A DNA stretch of 64,000 bases from Octopus vulgaris (lineage: Eukaryota): contig OX597840.1 in assembly GCA_951406725.2 (NCBI GenBank), positions 13,950,001-14,014,000 of the forward strand. Reading direction: 5' to 3'. This document shows positions 11,984 to 25,310 of this stretch, piece after piece. A program made the translations under genes and the position numbers. Under the pieces are notes generated by a model. It saw only the letters and a program-made list of their open reading frames with translations, did no database searches and had not been told where the DNA came from. Numbering within the stretch: position 1 is the stretch's first letter; every line of letters begins with the position of its first letter.

Positions 11984-13094
11984 GAACTCCTTCATAAAGA
12001 GTGATATTGCAACAATTGCATAGAGCCGTGATGTTAGAGCAAAATTAGGATTTTGTGTGTCTGTGCGCGCACGTGTGTGAGAGAGAAAAGGAGAGATAGA
12101 GTGAGTGGAGGTGATGGATGTCTTTAAGATAACGCACTCGTATAGGAAATGTGATGTCATCATGGTCGTCGTATAAAATGTTAACTTATGGAAAGATTAT
12201 AATTTTAAATGTTTATAATTCAAATATGTCAATGAAAATAAAGTTTAGTTATTAGTGGAAATAGTACTGAATCTTTTGATATCCCATACATGAAAATCGA
12301 CAACTTTGTTTTAGAATGCATCAGGAACATATGTACCCTGAAAAAACCCAAAATTGATCCACACACCCCTCCCGACTCAGCAATAAAGGGTTCACAAGCA
12401 CAACAATCTCTTCAGCTCACAGAAAATGAACGGCTGAAATAGAAGTTATACATAGTTATACATATGTTATACATAGCTGTTGTATGCGTCGGTCTTGTTT
12501 CTTCGCTTTTAAGGTAAGCGATTGTCATAGCAGCAAACACGATATTGAATAATTCTCCGTCATACGTCAACTAAAAACTTTAACATACTTCCAAAAATGG
12601 GACTTCGTGTATGTTTGTCTACGTACCTCTTTGTGTAGATATGTGTGTGAACCATCCTATCATCATCATCATCATCATCATCATCTTCTTCACAACAAGA
12701 GGCAACTGTTGCTTTGCTCCTGAAATTGTGTAGGTGTGTGTGATGTGTGTGTGGGGGGCTCTATTGCAAGATAAATTAATTTTGGCAGTAAGGACTGAAC
12801 CCATTGTTTCATTATCACAATTAAAAATAAATTCGAAGGATTAATATCGCAGAAGTTCATACATTATTTTCGTAAACTCTAATTGAAATCAAGAAGCTAC
12901 CACAACCATCCCATCAGCGACGATCATCATCATCTTCTTCACAATATTTGTACCCTTTATAAAGAAGTAGATGTTGCTACTTTTTTGAATTTATTTTACA
13001 TTGTGTACACCCAGATTGGAACTTTTACTCGACCTTGCACCAGAGAACATTATAGATTATCTGAAGACCAAACATACTGCTAATGAAAAAAAAA

Positions 13095-13432
13095 AAACGT
13101 GTGCTTGCACACATTCGATGAATTTTTCAAAATTCTAGTCGTTCTATTGACGGGTTTGTCAATAGAAAGTGCGCTAAATGTTAAGAAAAAAAAAACAAAC
13201 TCTTTCCATCAGGAAAGGTACATTTACAGAAAACTCTAAGTTGCCATTATATGTAATTTTTCATTTAGTGTTTGATTTTATTTTCGAATTGCCTGTGACG
13301 ATATCTGCAAGTATAAATTGCATTGATATAAAAACTGCCGTTCAGTGGTACCAGTTCTGTAGAGATGTTTGTTCGGCAAAACTGCTGGTGGTCCGGATCA
13401 TACAGAGGAGATCGATGAAAGCTTGTTCTTCA
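13095..13432 (+). pseudogene. Merlin (IS1016/ISXO2-like) transposase fragment
   Basis: Cys-rich remnant, then SIRKGTFTENSKLPL..TAVQWYQFCRDVC and a frameshifted GGPDHTEEIDESLF. Confidence 0.75.
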
Positions 13433-13447
13433 ATAGCAAGAACAATG

Positions 13448-14050
13448 GGAAACACTTCCGCCCGTCCCTCCCCCATTTTCTCCCTAATTTGTTTATTAAA
13501 ATTTTTTTTTGACAAAAATCCCCGTTTTCGGATACGGAGGTTCCGGAAATTTGCCAAAAATCAGGATTGTGAAATCCTCCCCTTTCCCCCAACTTTTTCA
13601 ATTCTGACTTTATTCCCCAACACTAACCCTAAAACCGTAAGTACAGAAATGTTTTGAAATTTTTGTCCTAATCCTGATGTCCGTATTTTTCCGCATATTT
13701 AGAAAAGAAAAAATTCTTAAAAAAGATTTTACAAAGATTTTTGGAAATTTTTTCAGAATCATAATCTCCGTATTTTTCCGCATATTTAGAAAAGAAAAAA
13801 TTCTTATAAAAGATTTTTGGAAATTTTTTCGGAATCATAATCTCCGTATTTTTCCGCTTATTTTGAGAAAAGAAAATTCTGAAAGAAGTTAAAAATGAAG
13901 GAAATGGGGGTCGGGGTGGTAATTTAGAAATGTCGATTTTTGCCAATTTATTTGCAGATTCGTATTCCCCGTAGCCGAAAAGTGGGGTTTGTGTCGAAAA
14001 AAAAAAAAAAGTTTTAAAAAAGGGTGGTTTAGGGGGGGGGGCGGAAGTCT
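13448..14050. mobile_element. MITE-like element with imperfect inverted ends and an internal ~75-90-bp tandem repeat x3
   Basis: ACTTCCGCCC.. / ..GGGCGGAAGT; TCCGTATTTTTCCGC at ~13680, 13768 and 13843. Confidence 0.5.
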
Positions 14051-14299
14051 TGCTGAGAAATGAGTCGGTGGAAGAATTACTGGTTCCACTTGAAGATACT
14101 TGACCAATGTAGAACAAAAAGGAAAGCAGGATGATCATGGTTCTGCCAAATCTGGATCAAGGCTGGAGGATTAGGTAACTCACTTTATTACTGACTCACT
14201 TTATTACTTCCACTTCTCAACACTGACCCATTTCATTCACACCATTTCAGTGCCAGCCCAGTTCATCTTTATTAATTCAGAATGAAAGAATTTCATCGC

Positions 14300-15690
14300 C
14301 AACTCATGGCATCAACTAACATTCTCGATAAATTGAAATTCATTAAATTCAAATACAACTGAGAAATCACCTTTCTTCATTCAAAACAACAAAACATTAA
14401 TCGCTGCAAGAAACACAACTGGTTCCATTGCCATTTCATCTTACCATTTTCTTTTTCTTATTTTCTTCCTTGCAGTGCTTTTTTTTGCTTTTTTAGCAAT
14501 CTGGCGATTTAATTTCGAATAATAATATTCTGTTTCATATCTTTTAACCTCTCTGAATTTTAATTATTAGATTAGCTGAGCTGGTCGAGGTTGGGTGTAA
14601 GCACCACACATCCTTCCAAATTCTTTCTCTTTTTCTTTCTTTTCCAAACATTTTCTTTGGATTCCTATGTTTTCCATATCAGAGATTATGATATTGCTAC
14701 AAAACATGTTTTCGAAATTCTAATTCCCCCCATCCCCACCCTGGTTTTTTAGTTTTTCATTTTTTTTTCAAATTTTTTTAAAAATCCATGTGAAAAAATA
14801 CAAAGATTTAAAAAAATTTCATGTTGTCTCAGAAAACATCCTACATTGCCCCTCCGACCCCCATCACAATTTCCAAAGGCACAAAACTTCATATAATAAT
14901 AATAATAATGAAATTATTGTATACAGTGCTCAGGTGCACCACAACTTGTCAAAAGTGCATATAAAGTACATGCAGTAATGTAGAAATGTCTGGAAAGCGA
15001 ACAATGTATGAGTCAGATACATGCTTGTGTGTGTATGGAGGGGAGAAAATCAGGCGTAGTGTTGGCGAATCTCAGGAAGCATGGAAGTTTTGAAGGATGC
15101 AGTGCTCCGACAACTAACAACTGATACCGGCAGTTTGTTCCATGCTTCAGCAACTCTCAGCGTGAAAAAATGTTTCCTGAAGTCATGGGAGCTGTGCTGT
15201 TTTCTTACTTTGTAAATACGTTTTACGCATGTATAGATTTCTCCTGTAACAGTATAGGAAAGACCAAAATCCCTCACCAGAAAACCAATTATGCTAGAAA
15301 TAACAGCTAAATGTCTGCAAAATATTTTTTCCTCTCTTTTTAGAATCCTTTTGTTTTTCTAAATCTTAACTTTTCATATCTATTTGAATGTTGATGCCAT
15401 GCTACAAATTATTTTCTTGTCTTTATAGAAATAGCAAATAATTCATTCTGGAAGCTTCGTTAATTTTATGTATTTATACTTTGTTGATCCTCAACAAACC
15501 TCTGTGTGTGCACGTATGAATCTGAGAGAGAAAAAAAAACCTAATTGAACTATCCTTGTGTATTGGTCTCCAGAGTGTCGGTATGGAGAGATGACATAAT
15601 TTCTCTATTTCAGCCTGGCCTGTTTATCTATGTCATGAGGTAAGGTTGTGTGGGTGAACGATGTCTGCCAATACCGAAGGATTGCCAAAA
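14300..15690. repeat. Left arm of a long diverged inverted repeat (partner 23450-25310)
   Basis: Collinear reverse-complement anchors 14304-14322/25289-25307, 15275-15312/24216-24253 and 15646-15664/23473-23491. Confidence 0.75.
14892..15220 (-). mobile_element. CR1/L2-group LINE 3' end
   Basis: FRKHFFTLRVAEAWNKLPVSVVSCRSTASFK motif; (ATT)n tail. Confidence 0.75.
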
Positions 15691-15854
15691 TAATTTAACT
15701 GTTATAAACCTTGTTTTATTATCTGAGGTAAAATCCCAGATAAGATTCTCAAGTTTTGGCTCTTTTTCTGTCTCTAAGATCTGATTATAAAATCTGCATA
15801 TCGCAAATGACATCTACTGGTTTCCTTAAATCCAAAATAAGAAAAACTTGAACA

Positions 15855-17047
15855 GGTGCAGGTGTGGCTGTGTGGTAAGAAGAATGCTTCCCAACTACAT
15901 GATTCCAGGTTCAGTCCCACTGTGTGAGACTGAATCTTGGGCAAGTGTCTTCTACTATAGCATCAGGCCAATTAAGGTGGCGAGCTGGCAGAAACGTTAG
16001 CATGCCAGGCAAAATGCTTTGCGGTATTTCGTCTGTCGTTACGTTCTGAGTTCAAATTCCGCTGAGGTCGACTTTGCCTTTCATCCTTTTGTGGTCGATA
16101 AATAAAGTACCAGTTTCGCACTGGGGTCGATATAATCGACTTACTCCGTTTGTCTGTCCTTGTTTGTCCTCTCTGTGTTTAGCCCCTTGTGGGTAGTAAA
16201 GAAATAGGTATTTTGTTTGCTGTTACGTTCTGAGTTCAAATTCCGCCATGGTCGACTTTGCCTTTCATCCTTTCGGGGTTGATAAATTAAGTACCAGTTA
16301 TGCATTGAGGTCGATCTAATTGACTTAATCCCTTTGTTCTTGTTTGTCCCCTCTATGTTTAGCCCCTTGTGGGCAATAAAGAAATAAGAAACCAAAGGAA
16401 GATCATTTTGTATATATATATATATAATATATTAATAAATAAAACATATGCATATATATAAACATATATGTACGTACCTACCTCTACATGTATATATACA
16501 CGCATATATGTGTACAGGACACCAAAAAAAAAGTCGAACACAATGAGAAACGAAAACATAGACACAAACCCAAGGAACTGGACATTTTTTTAAACAACAA
16601 AAATATAGAGTACAGGACAATTAACACAAAGAAAAAACCCCTTCTTCAGTCGCCATGGTTTCATCTACTCTACGTTTCGAAGGTGAAGGCGAGACGTATC
16701 TTCGAATAAGAAACTTTCCTTCCTGCGAAAAGCAAATCAATTAAAATTTGAGATCTTTTTGCAGAGGGGTAAAAATGGTAACAAAAACGACGGGCTTCTT
16801 TCAGTTTCCGTCTATCAAATCCACTCACAAGGCTTTGGTTGGCCCGAGACTATAGTAGAAGACACTTGGCCAAGGTGCCATGCAGTGGGACTGAACCCGG
16901 AACCATGTGGTTGGTAAGCAAGGTACTTACCACAGCCACTTCTGCACCTATTAAAACGTAAAGACAGACGAAATACAGTTAATCATTTCACCAGGTGTGT
17001 TAACCTTTCGGCCAGCTTGCCGTCTTGAACAGGCGGTGAGCTGGCAG

Positions 17048-17050
<3 letters not shown>
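15855..17050. mobile_element. Nested SINE cluster: family A head 15855-15970, family B with internal duplication 15975-16390, family A minus-strand 16790-16950, family B heads
   Basis: Direct sequence match to other copies in the window. Confidence 0.8.
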
Positions 17051-17090
<40 letters not shown>

Positions 17091-18353
17091 TACAGTGTGA
17101 ACATTCTACCATTAAAAAAAGCATATTTTACATTGATTTGAGATCATTGTATCATGTCTTCCTTTAGTGTATATCCATAAGTATACACATGGCATTCAGG
17201 TGGGAACTGTTCAATGAAGGCTGGTGAGTGTAGAGTATCTGAAGATGGTCGTTTCACATTTAAGAATGGTTTAACAAAGATTTGGCTGCTATTGAAAGAA
17301 ATACTACGTACATTATTAAAGTATACTGGAATGATCACTGAATTTATTTTTCATGTTATACATAGGTTTTCTTAGATTATTGTATAATCCCCAGGTTATT
17401 GCTAACATTTCAGTGAGTCCATCAGGTACATTTGTTTCATTGGAAAAATCCTATAGATTATGCTGTGAAAGTCTGATATCGTCATAATGGTTGTGATGGA
17501 TTTGTATTGTTTGTTCTTTGTGTTACTGGATAAATATTTATTCACTATCTGAAAGTATTAATGAGTGTAAAGAAGTTGTATTAATTTTGGAAGAAACTGT
17601 TAAAACCGACATCCTGAAGAAAATTAATGAACTTGAAGTAAAAGAAATATATGTACCTGCATGAATATTTGTCTTTGAATCTGTTGTTGAATAATGTTAT
17701 TGATCATTATGTTTCTGCAGAATCTTTTTGGTATTTTTGTTTTTGAAGGTGTGTGTGTGTGTGGTGGTGGTGGTGGGGTTAATTTGTTCATTCTTAATTG
17801 AAGTCATAATAATCATCATCATTTAACATCTGTTTTCCAAGCAGTCATGGGTTGGATAGTTTGATAGGAACTGGTAACATAGAAAACTATGCCAGGCTCC
17901 AGTGTCTGCCTTGGCATGGTTTCTATAGCTGGATGCCCTTCCTTGTGCCAGCCACCTTACAGAATGTACTGTGTGCTTTTAATGTGGCACCAGCAGGGTC
18001 CCTGAGTAACTTTCAAGAGCAAGACCTCTTCGAGTGGGGAGAGGTTAAAATAAAATAGAGGAGATACATGGTGACTCACTTAGGAAATAAAGGCTAGCAA
18101 GAGAAGGAGAGAGTTAGAGAGGAATATAGGAAGACATGGTGACTGTTTTGGCAGGATTTTTCTTTTTTTTTAAGGTATCCAGCTGTAAAAATCCTGCCAA
18201 AACACTCACAGAAGTCTGGTACAGGCTTGGCCGGCCCCTGTCAAACTGTCCTACCCATGCCAGCATGGAAGGCAAACATTAAACGATGATTATGATGGCT
18301 ACCCCTACTGGGAAAGAAAACAAAGAGAGAATGGAGGATAAAGAGAGGTTATA

Positions 18354-18760
18354 GGCGCAGGGGTGGCTGTGTGGTAAGTAGCTTGCTAACCAACCACATG
18401 GTTCCGGGTTCAGTCCCACTGCGTGGCATCTTGGGCAAGTGTCTTCTGCTATAGCCCCGGGCCAACCAAAGCCTTGTGAGTGGATTTGATAGACGGAAAC
18501 AGAAAGAAGCCTGTCATATATATGTATATATATATATGTGTGTGTATGTGTTTGTGTGTCTGTGTTTGTCCCCCTGGCATTGCTTGACAACCGATGCTGG
18601 TGTGTTTACGTCCCCGTCACCTAGCGGTTCGGCAAAAGAGACTGATAGAATAAGTACTGGGCTTACAAAGAATAAATCCCGGGGTTGATTTGCTTAACTA
18701 AAGGCAGTGCTCCAGCATGGCCGCAGTCAAATGACTGAAACAAGTAAAAGAGTAAAAGAG
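18354..18760 (+). mobile_element. SINE family A, full length (tRNA-like head, CORE-like segment, internal TA/TG microsatellite)
   Basis: GGCGCAGG.GTGGCTGTGTGGTAAG..GGTTCAGTCCC A/B boxes; TGGCA(C/T)CTTGGGCAAGTG CORE-like motif; GTAAAAGA tail. Confidence 0.9.
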
Positions 18761-19114
18761 TTATGTACCAAACATGTTTGAGTATTTTATAGTTCTACTT
18801 GTTTTATTGCAGCTTACAATAAGCCAAACTATTTTCAAACTTCAAATTCACTCCATGCTTTATAAAATAATTGTTTTGTTGTTTCTATATTTTGTAATTC
18901 ATCAGATAAATACTGTTTGCTTTTCTGCATGACTGAAATCTGTATTGTCAGTTTCATTGCCAGAGGTCTTTCTAAATGAGAACTTGCTTGTAAGCAACAT
19001 TCATTGCAGAATGTTTGTTGTTTGGTAAATACATATTCAATCCTGGAAGCCCTGTGGACGCTCTGTTGAAGACAACACATCTTTGTTCATGTGTGAATAT
19101 GGGCCTTGGTAAAT

Positions 19115-19745
19115 ATTCTTTTATTTGTTTCAGTGATTTGACTGCAGCCATGCTGGAGCACCGGCTTAAAGAGTTTTAGTTGAAGAAATTGACCCCAGGA
19201 TTTATTCTTTGTAAGCCTAGTACTTTTTCTATCGGTCTCTCTTACTGAACCACTAAGTTACAGGGAAGTAGACACACTGACATCAGTTGTCAAGTAATGG
19301 TGGGAAGACAAACACTGGCACAAAGGAACACACACATATACATACATACACACACACACACACACATAGTTAATCCAGACATGAAAACACAAAGAGAAAA
19401 CAAAACAATGCAAGGACGTGGAACAAGTATAGTGTTATTAGATGCTCAGGAAAGGAAAGAAAGAAGAAGGATTTAACATTTCGAGCAGAGCTCTTCGTCA
19501 GAAACATAGGAAAAGGAAAGATCCAAGGAAGGGAAGACGGAGGAAAAAAAGTCGCCAACGATACACACGCGGTCACATATACGATGGGCTTCTTTCAGTT
19601 TCCGTCTACCAAATCCCTTCACAAGGCTTTGGTTGACTGGAGGCTGTAGTAGAAGACACTTGCCTAAGGTGCCATGCAGTGGGACCGAACCCAGAACCAT
19701 GTGGCTGGTAAACAAGCTACTTACCACACAGCCATGCCTGTGCCT
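19115..19745 (-). mobile_element. SINE family A inserted in the Helitron, itself holding a hammerhead-bearing fragment (~19367-19577) in its microsatellite
   Basis: Reverse complement of both family A halves flanking a distinct ~210-bp insert. Confidence 0.8.
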
Positions 19746-20684
19746 ATATAAAGCTATTTCATCAAATGTTTGTCTTTGTCATTTATTAATTGTCCTTACC
19801 ATTGCTAATTTACCTGTTGTTTAACTAATGTAAATGCTAACTCTTCACCTACTGAAGAAACACTAACTCTTTGGATAAATAGTTTTTCTGTGATGTGAGC
19901 TTTCAGTTGTTTTTGCCATAATGACTTTTTCTTGAATATCTTGAATAACTAAACATATACCATTACACACACCATTAGCTTGGTCAGTTGTATGTAAGAG
20001 TCTAATGGCTGTGTTAGTCTTTAATTTTAGTGTGTGTGATGGTAAGCCTGAAATATTTAGTGTATTTAAGTACTCTGTAGGGTTACCCTAATGCAAACAT
20101 TGATCATGAATAAAGAGAGCCTTTTCATCTCCTGGAAAGAATTTTAGTATTTCCGCATTAAAGAGACGAACATCAATATTTTTGGGTGCTAGAACAATTT
20201 TTAGAAATTTTTCTGACTCTGTAATACATTCATGTATGACATTTCTATTGAAAGCCGAAGAAATGAGGTCAATGAAATCATGAACAACTGTATATTCCTG
20301 GGATATTAAAAGTTTGCTATTTGCTTCTTCTATAGAATCATTTCCTTCATGTCATGAAGTAGAAAGTTGTTGAACTAAATTTGATTGTTTTGATCTTCTG
20401 AATTCTGTACACATGATTTTAATTGATTATATTCTGTCAGTTTTCATGTTTCCATAAAAATGAATTCTTAAAGTTGCTCTCTACTATCTGTGGTCTGCTT
20501 CCAAGTTTAATGACATAACATTTGTTGAAAATCCCCACCAAAACTTATTAGTTTTCCTCCAAACAAAACATGTTCAAACCTGGGGATTGACCGTTTTCAT
20601 AAGATCCCTTTATGTTCTATCTAATGCCCCTAGGTGGAAATGGTGAGACATGGTGGGAACTTATTCCAAATTATGACATCATCC

Positions 20685-21085
20685 TGAAGCTCCATCCGAG
20701 CGGGATCACTGCCAGAGCAACTGCCTGGCTTCTGTGCCAGTGGCACGTAAGAAGCACCATTTGAGCGTGATCATTACCAGCATCGCCTTACTGGCACGTG
20801 AACAAAACATTCACGCGAGATCGTTGCCAGTGCTGCTGGACTGACTCCTGTGCAGGTGGCATGTAAAAAACACCATTTTGAGTGTGGCTGTTGCCAGTAT
20901 CGCCAGACTGGCCTTTGTGCTGGTGGCATGTAAAAGCACCCACTACACTCTTGGAGTGGTTGGCGTTAGGAAACTCTGCCAGATTAGATTGGAACCTGGT
21001 GCAGCCATCCGGTTCGCCAATCCTCAGTCAAATCGTCCAACCCATGCTAGCATGGAAAGCAGATGTTAAATGATGATGATGATGT
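20685..21085 (+). mobile_element. RTE-tailed SINE (family C) inserted in the Helitron
   Basis: Repeated GTGGCACGTAAAA.GCACC subunits; CCAACCCATGCTAGCATGGAAAG..(GAT)n tail shared with 57023. Confidence 0.75.
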
Positions 21086-21698
21086 AAATTGATTTGTAAT
21101 TCCATATAGAAAAAGTGGAATGAGCTATTGTATCCCCAGCAAATAGCAATGCAGTTATAGCAGATGATGCAGTTGCTATTGCAATCTTTCCTTCTTAGTG
21201 GACATAGGAAAGAATGACACTATAGAGAGAAGTCTTACCTGATCCACCTGGACTATCAATAAAGTTTTAGCAGAGAGAATCTTGTGGCTGTGAATATCTG
21301 CTTTTGAATTGTGGATTGCCTCTTTGATAATCTGGAGTGCTGCTTGTTGATCACAATTTAATTTTTTGACATTTTCATCAAAGAGACTCTTTTCTTTAAT
21401 GAGTGGAAAATCTCTAAAGGTCTTGCAGAATGAAATTGTTGCTTCTTCTGATGTTGAACGATTTTTTCTTAAAATAATTCCAGTTTTTATTGTAATGCTA
21501 TCTTTAATATCTTCTATTTCTAATGCGGTCATTTGATCTTTTGAAAAGTTGTCTTTCCAATGCTGTAAATAATTTGTCAGAGCAGAAAAGTCCTTACATC
21601 TGATATGGAATTGCTGAAACATTTGTGAACTCCAGAGTTGGATAGTATTCGTGGCCATCATGTGCTAAGCCTCTAAGAATGGAAGACTACATCATTAA

Positions 21699-21918
21699 CC
21701 CTTTCGTTACTGTATTTATTTTGAAATGCTCTGTGTTTCTTTCAATTACTTTAAATATAACAAAGAATTTAGTAAAATAACTTAGTTATCATTCAGCTAG
21801 TGTTAGAAACATAAATTGTGACTAAGGTTTGGTGGAAGATTTTAATTTAAAACTTATGAAAACAAGACATGTTACCACAGAGCCAGAGGCGGTTTTGGCC
21901 GGGTTAGTAACAAAAGGG
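21699..21918. mobile_element. piggyBac MITE
   Basis: TTAA|CCCTTTCGTTAC...GTAACAAAAGGG|TTAA; same TIRs as 32479-33562. Confidence 0.9.
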
Positions 21919-22266
21919 TTAATAGATCTCATAACCTCAAATGATGTAATTCCCGGAATATGATGCAATAAAATTCTCAGAATTGCTCCTGTTCCTTTGG
22001 TGAAACAGAGTAGAAACACACAGTTGAGTGTGTATCATTTTTTTTGAGATGCCACATTTTCTGAGAATTATTCCATATGTGAAATTCTGGGAAAAGTTTA
22101 AATGACTTAGCTAAAGATTCCTGGTTAACTCACATCCATTCATTGAGGGTGGACTTGTATGAGTGTGGGTAACATGTTGGATATCATCATCATCATTAAA
22201 GTAAACATGTTGCTGCTGGGGTAAATGAATTGGATGCCATTCAAATTGGAGGATAGGGACAATGTA

Positions 22267-22517
22267 CAGTAATCCCTTGCCATGTCGTGGTTCACCCTTT
22301 GCGGTTTATTATTTAAGCTTACGTTGATTCCTCCATAGTGTTGTTTTGCATAGGCACAGGAGTGACTGTGTGGGCAGTAGCTTGCTTACCAACCACATGG
22401 TTCCAGGTTCATTCCCACTGCGTGGCACCTTAGGCAAGTGTCTTCTGCTATAGCCTCAAGCCAACCAAAGCCTTGTGAGTAGTAGATTTGGTAGATGGAA
22501 ACTGAAAGAAGCCCATC

Positions 22518-22557
<40 letters not shown>

Positions 22558-22890
22558 ATGTTTATGAGTTTGTGTTTGTTCCCCCAACATCACTTGACAA
22601 CCGATGGTGGTGTGTCTACATCCCTGTAACTTAGCGCTTCGGTAAAAGAGACCGATAGAATAAGTACTAGGCTTCCAAAGAATAAGTCATGGGGTCGATT
22701 TGCTTGACTAAAGGCAGTGCTCCAGCATGGCCATAATCAAATGACTGAAACAAGTGAAAGAAAGAAAAGAAAAAGAGGGAAATTATAAAAATAGTAAAAA
22801 AAAATATACAGTACTGTCTCTACCTTGCATATTTTCACCTATTGCGATGGGTTTTGGAATATAACACCCACGATAGTCAAGGAATTATTA
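22267..22890. mobile_element. Tigger-like MITE with nested family A SINE (22353-22780)
   Basis: TA|CAGTAATCCCTTG...CAAGGAATTATTA|TA imperfect TIR. Confidence 0.6.
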
Positions 22891-23449
22891 TAATTTAAAA
22901 GCCCCAAATCCTCAAGGATACATAAAGGCCCTTAATATAATTTTCAATTTCATCTTTGTGTGTTTTCTGTTTGTTTTGCGTTGGTTTGTCTACTAATATT
23001 GACTGTCACCTGATCACCTTTACGAACATGTTTGCTGATACATTTAACTGGTTTTTCAGCCACACATATCTCCACTTTAAAATGCCTTCCATATTTGACT
23101 AAAAAGGTGGAGGAATATGATACTTCTGAACAATTATCCAATTCAACATTTGACTTTGTAAATGTAGAACCATTATTTCAACATCAGCAAAGCGGATGGA
23201 TGTTATGACTGTGTAAAGTATTTTCCTGAAAGTCTTTAGGGAAATGTATTTTTACATTTCCCATCAACTATATATGTTGCATTGGGTTTATGTCTCCCAC
23301 ATGAACCATGTAGCATTCTTTTGGTGACATGTTGAAATAGAATTGATATATTTATGGATTTGGAAGTTCTGTATATACAAACTTTCCATAATGTTCTGGA
23401 TCTAACATAATACTTTTTTTTTTAATATGGACAACATATGACAATGGGG

Positions 23450-24706
23450 AAATCCTTCAGTATCGGTTGGTAACATCATTCACCCACACAATCTTCACTC
23501 ATGATAAAGAGGCGAGGCTGAAACAGGGTGAATGACGTTGCATCCTCACACCGACACTTTAGAGACCAATACCAAAGGATCACCCAGTTATCTTTTTTTC
23601 TCAGATGCACAGTCATGCACATACACACATATGCGTATGCACACACAGAGGTTCGTAGGAGTGACTGTGTGGTAAGTAGCTTGCTTACGAACTACATGGT
23701 TTTGGGTTCAGTCCCACTGCATGGCACCTTGGGCAAGTGTCTTGTACTATAGCCTCAGACCAACCAAAGTCTTGTGAGTAGAGTTGGTAGACAGAAACTG
23801 AAAGAAGCCCATCATGTATATGTATATATATATAAATGTGTGTGTGTGTATATGTTTGTGTGCCTTTGTTTGTCCCCCCAACATCGCTTGACAACCAATG
23901 CTGGTGTGTTTACGTCCCCGTAACTTAGCGGTTCAGCAAATGAGACCAATAGAATAAGTACTAGGCTTACAAAGAATAAGTCCTGTGGTCGATTTGCTCG
24001 ACTAAAGGTGGTGCTCCAGCATGGCCACAGTCAAATAACTGAAACAAACAAAAGAGTATAAGTAACTAGCTTACAGTATGACTTATTTGCTATTTCTATG
24101 AAGACATAACATGAAAAAGTTTGTAGCATTGCATCAAAATTCAAATAGTTATGCAAAGTTAAGATTTAGAAAAAAAAAAGGGTTGTAAAATGAGAGGAAA
24201 GAATATGTTCCAGATATTTAGTTGTTATTTCTAGCATAATGGGTTTTCTGGTGACGGCTCGATATCTTTTTATCTTTTGTTGCAGGAGAAATCTATGCAT
24301 ACATAAAACAGAATTTTTGTGTTTTGGGATATCGGGGAGGGGGCAATATAGGACGTTTTCAAAGACACTTTGAAATTTAAAAAATATTTTTCCCAAACGT
24401 AATCTCCATATTTTTCCATGTGGATTAAAAAAAAAATTTGCGGAGAGTGAAAAATTTTTTAATTGGGGTGGGGAGGGGAGGAAATTATAATTTTTGAAGA
24501 CGCCAATAATCAAAATGGTCAGTTATCAAGTTACTTTAAGTATTCAGTGGCTATGTGATGTGTGATAAGTAGCTTGTTTACGAACCACATGGTTCTGGGT
24601 TCAGTCCCACTGTGTGGCACCTTGGGCAAGTGTCTTCTACTATAGCCTCAGGCTGACCAAAGCCTTGTGAGTGGATTTGGTAGACGGAAAATGAAAGAAT
24701 CCTGTC

Positions 24707-24748
<42 letters not shown>

Positions 24749-25310
24749 ATATGTTTGTGTGTCTGTGTTTGTTCCCCCAACATCGCTTGACAACTGATGC
24801 TGGTGTGTTTATGTCCCTGTAACTTAGCAGTTTGGCAAAAGAGACCAATAGAATAAGTATTAGGCTTACAAAGAATAAGTCCTGGAGTCGATTTGCTCGA
24901 CTAAAAGCAGTGCTTCAGCATGGCCACAGTCAAATGACTGAAACAAGTAAAAGAGTAAAGAGTAGAGAGTTTCTTTTTTTTAGCAAATTTGTAATCTCTG
25001 AAATTGAAAACATAGGAATTCAAAGAAATTTTTGCACCCCCCCCCCCCCAAAAAAAAATAGCTTACACCTGACCTCCACCAACTAACTTACTCTAATAAT
25101 TGTAATTCATAGAGGTTAAATAATTTTAAACAGAATATAGTTGCCAGATTGCTAGGGGAAAAAAAAGAACTACTAGAAAAGCAGGAAAAGAAAATGGCAC
25201 GATGACTGGCAGTGAACCTGTTATATTTCTTTCAGCAATTAATATTTTATTGTTTCGCTTTTGTATTTATGAATTTCAATTTTAGAGTATGTTAGTTGAT
25301 GCCATGACCT
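23450..25310. repeat. Right arm of the long diverged inverted repeat, interrupted by family A SINEs at 23655-24057 and 24545-24970
   Basis: See anchors listed for 14300-15690. Confidence 0.75.

Larger units (their letters stand above)
19050..23455 (-). pseudogene. Decayed Helitron Rep/PIF1-helicase coding region interrupted by younger insertions
   Basis: Motifs in the expected order on minus: GFPHCHML (HUH, ~23440), HFKVEIC..VKCISKHVRKGD, IHLPQQQHVYF, LRILLHHIPGITSFEVMRSIN, IDSPGGSGKTSLY (Walker A, ~21245), ATASSAITALLF..AHSTF, FGGKLISFGGDFQQ, GLPSHTLKLK..GVCNG, RTINK*QRQTFD, YLPRPIFTH. Confidence 0.88.

Noticed and set aside
15590-15640. Hammerhead-like GGC..GCT-GAAA within the long inverted-repeat arm
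   Set aside because: No CUGANGA-like core in either arm
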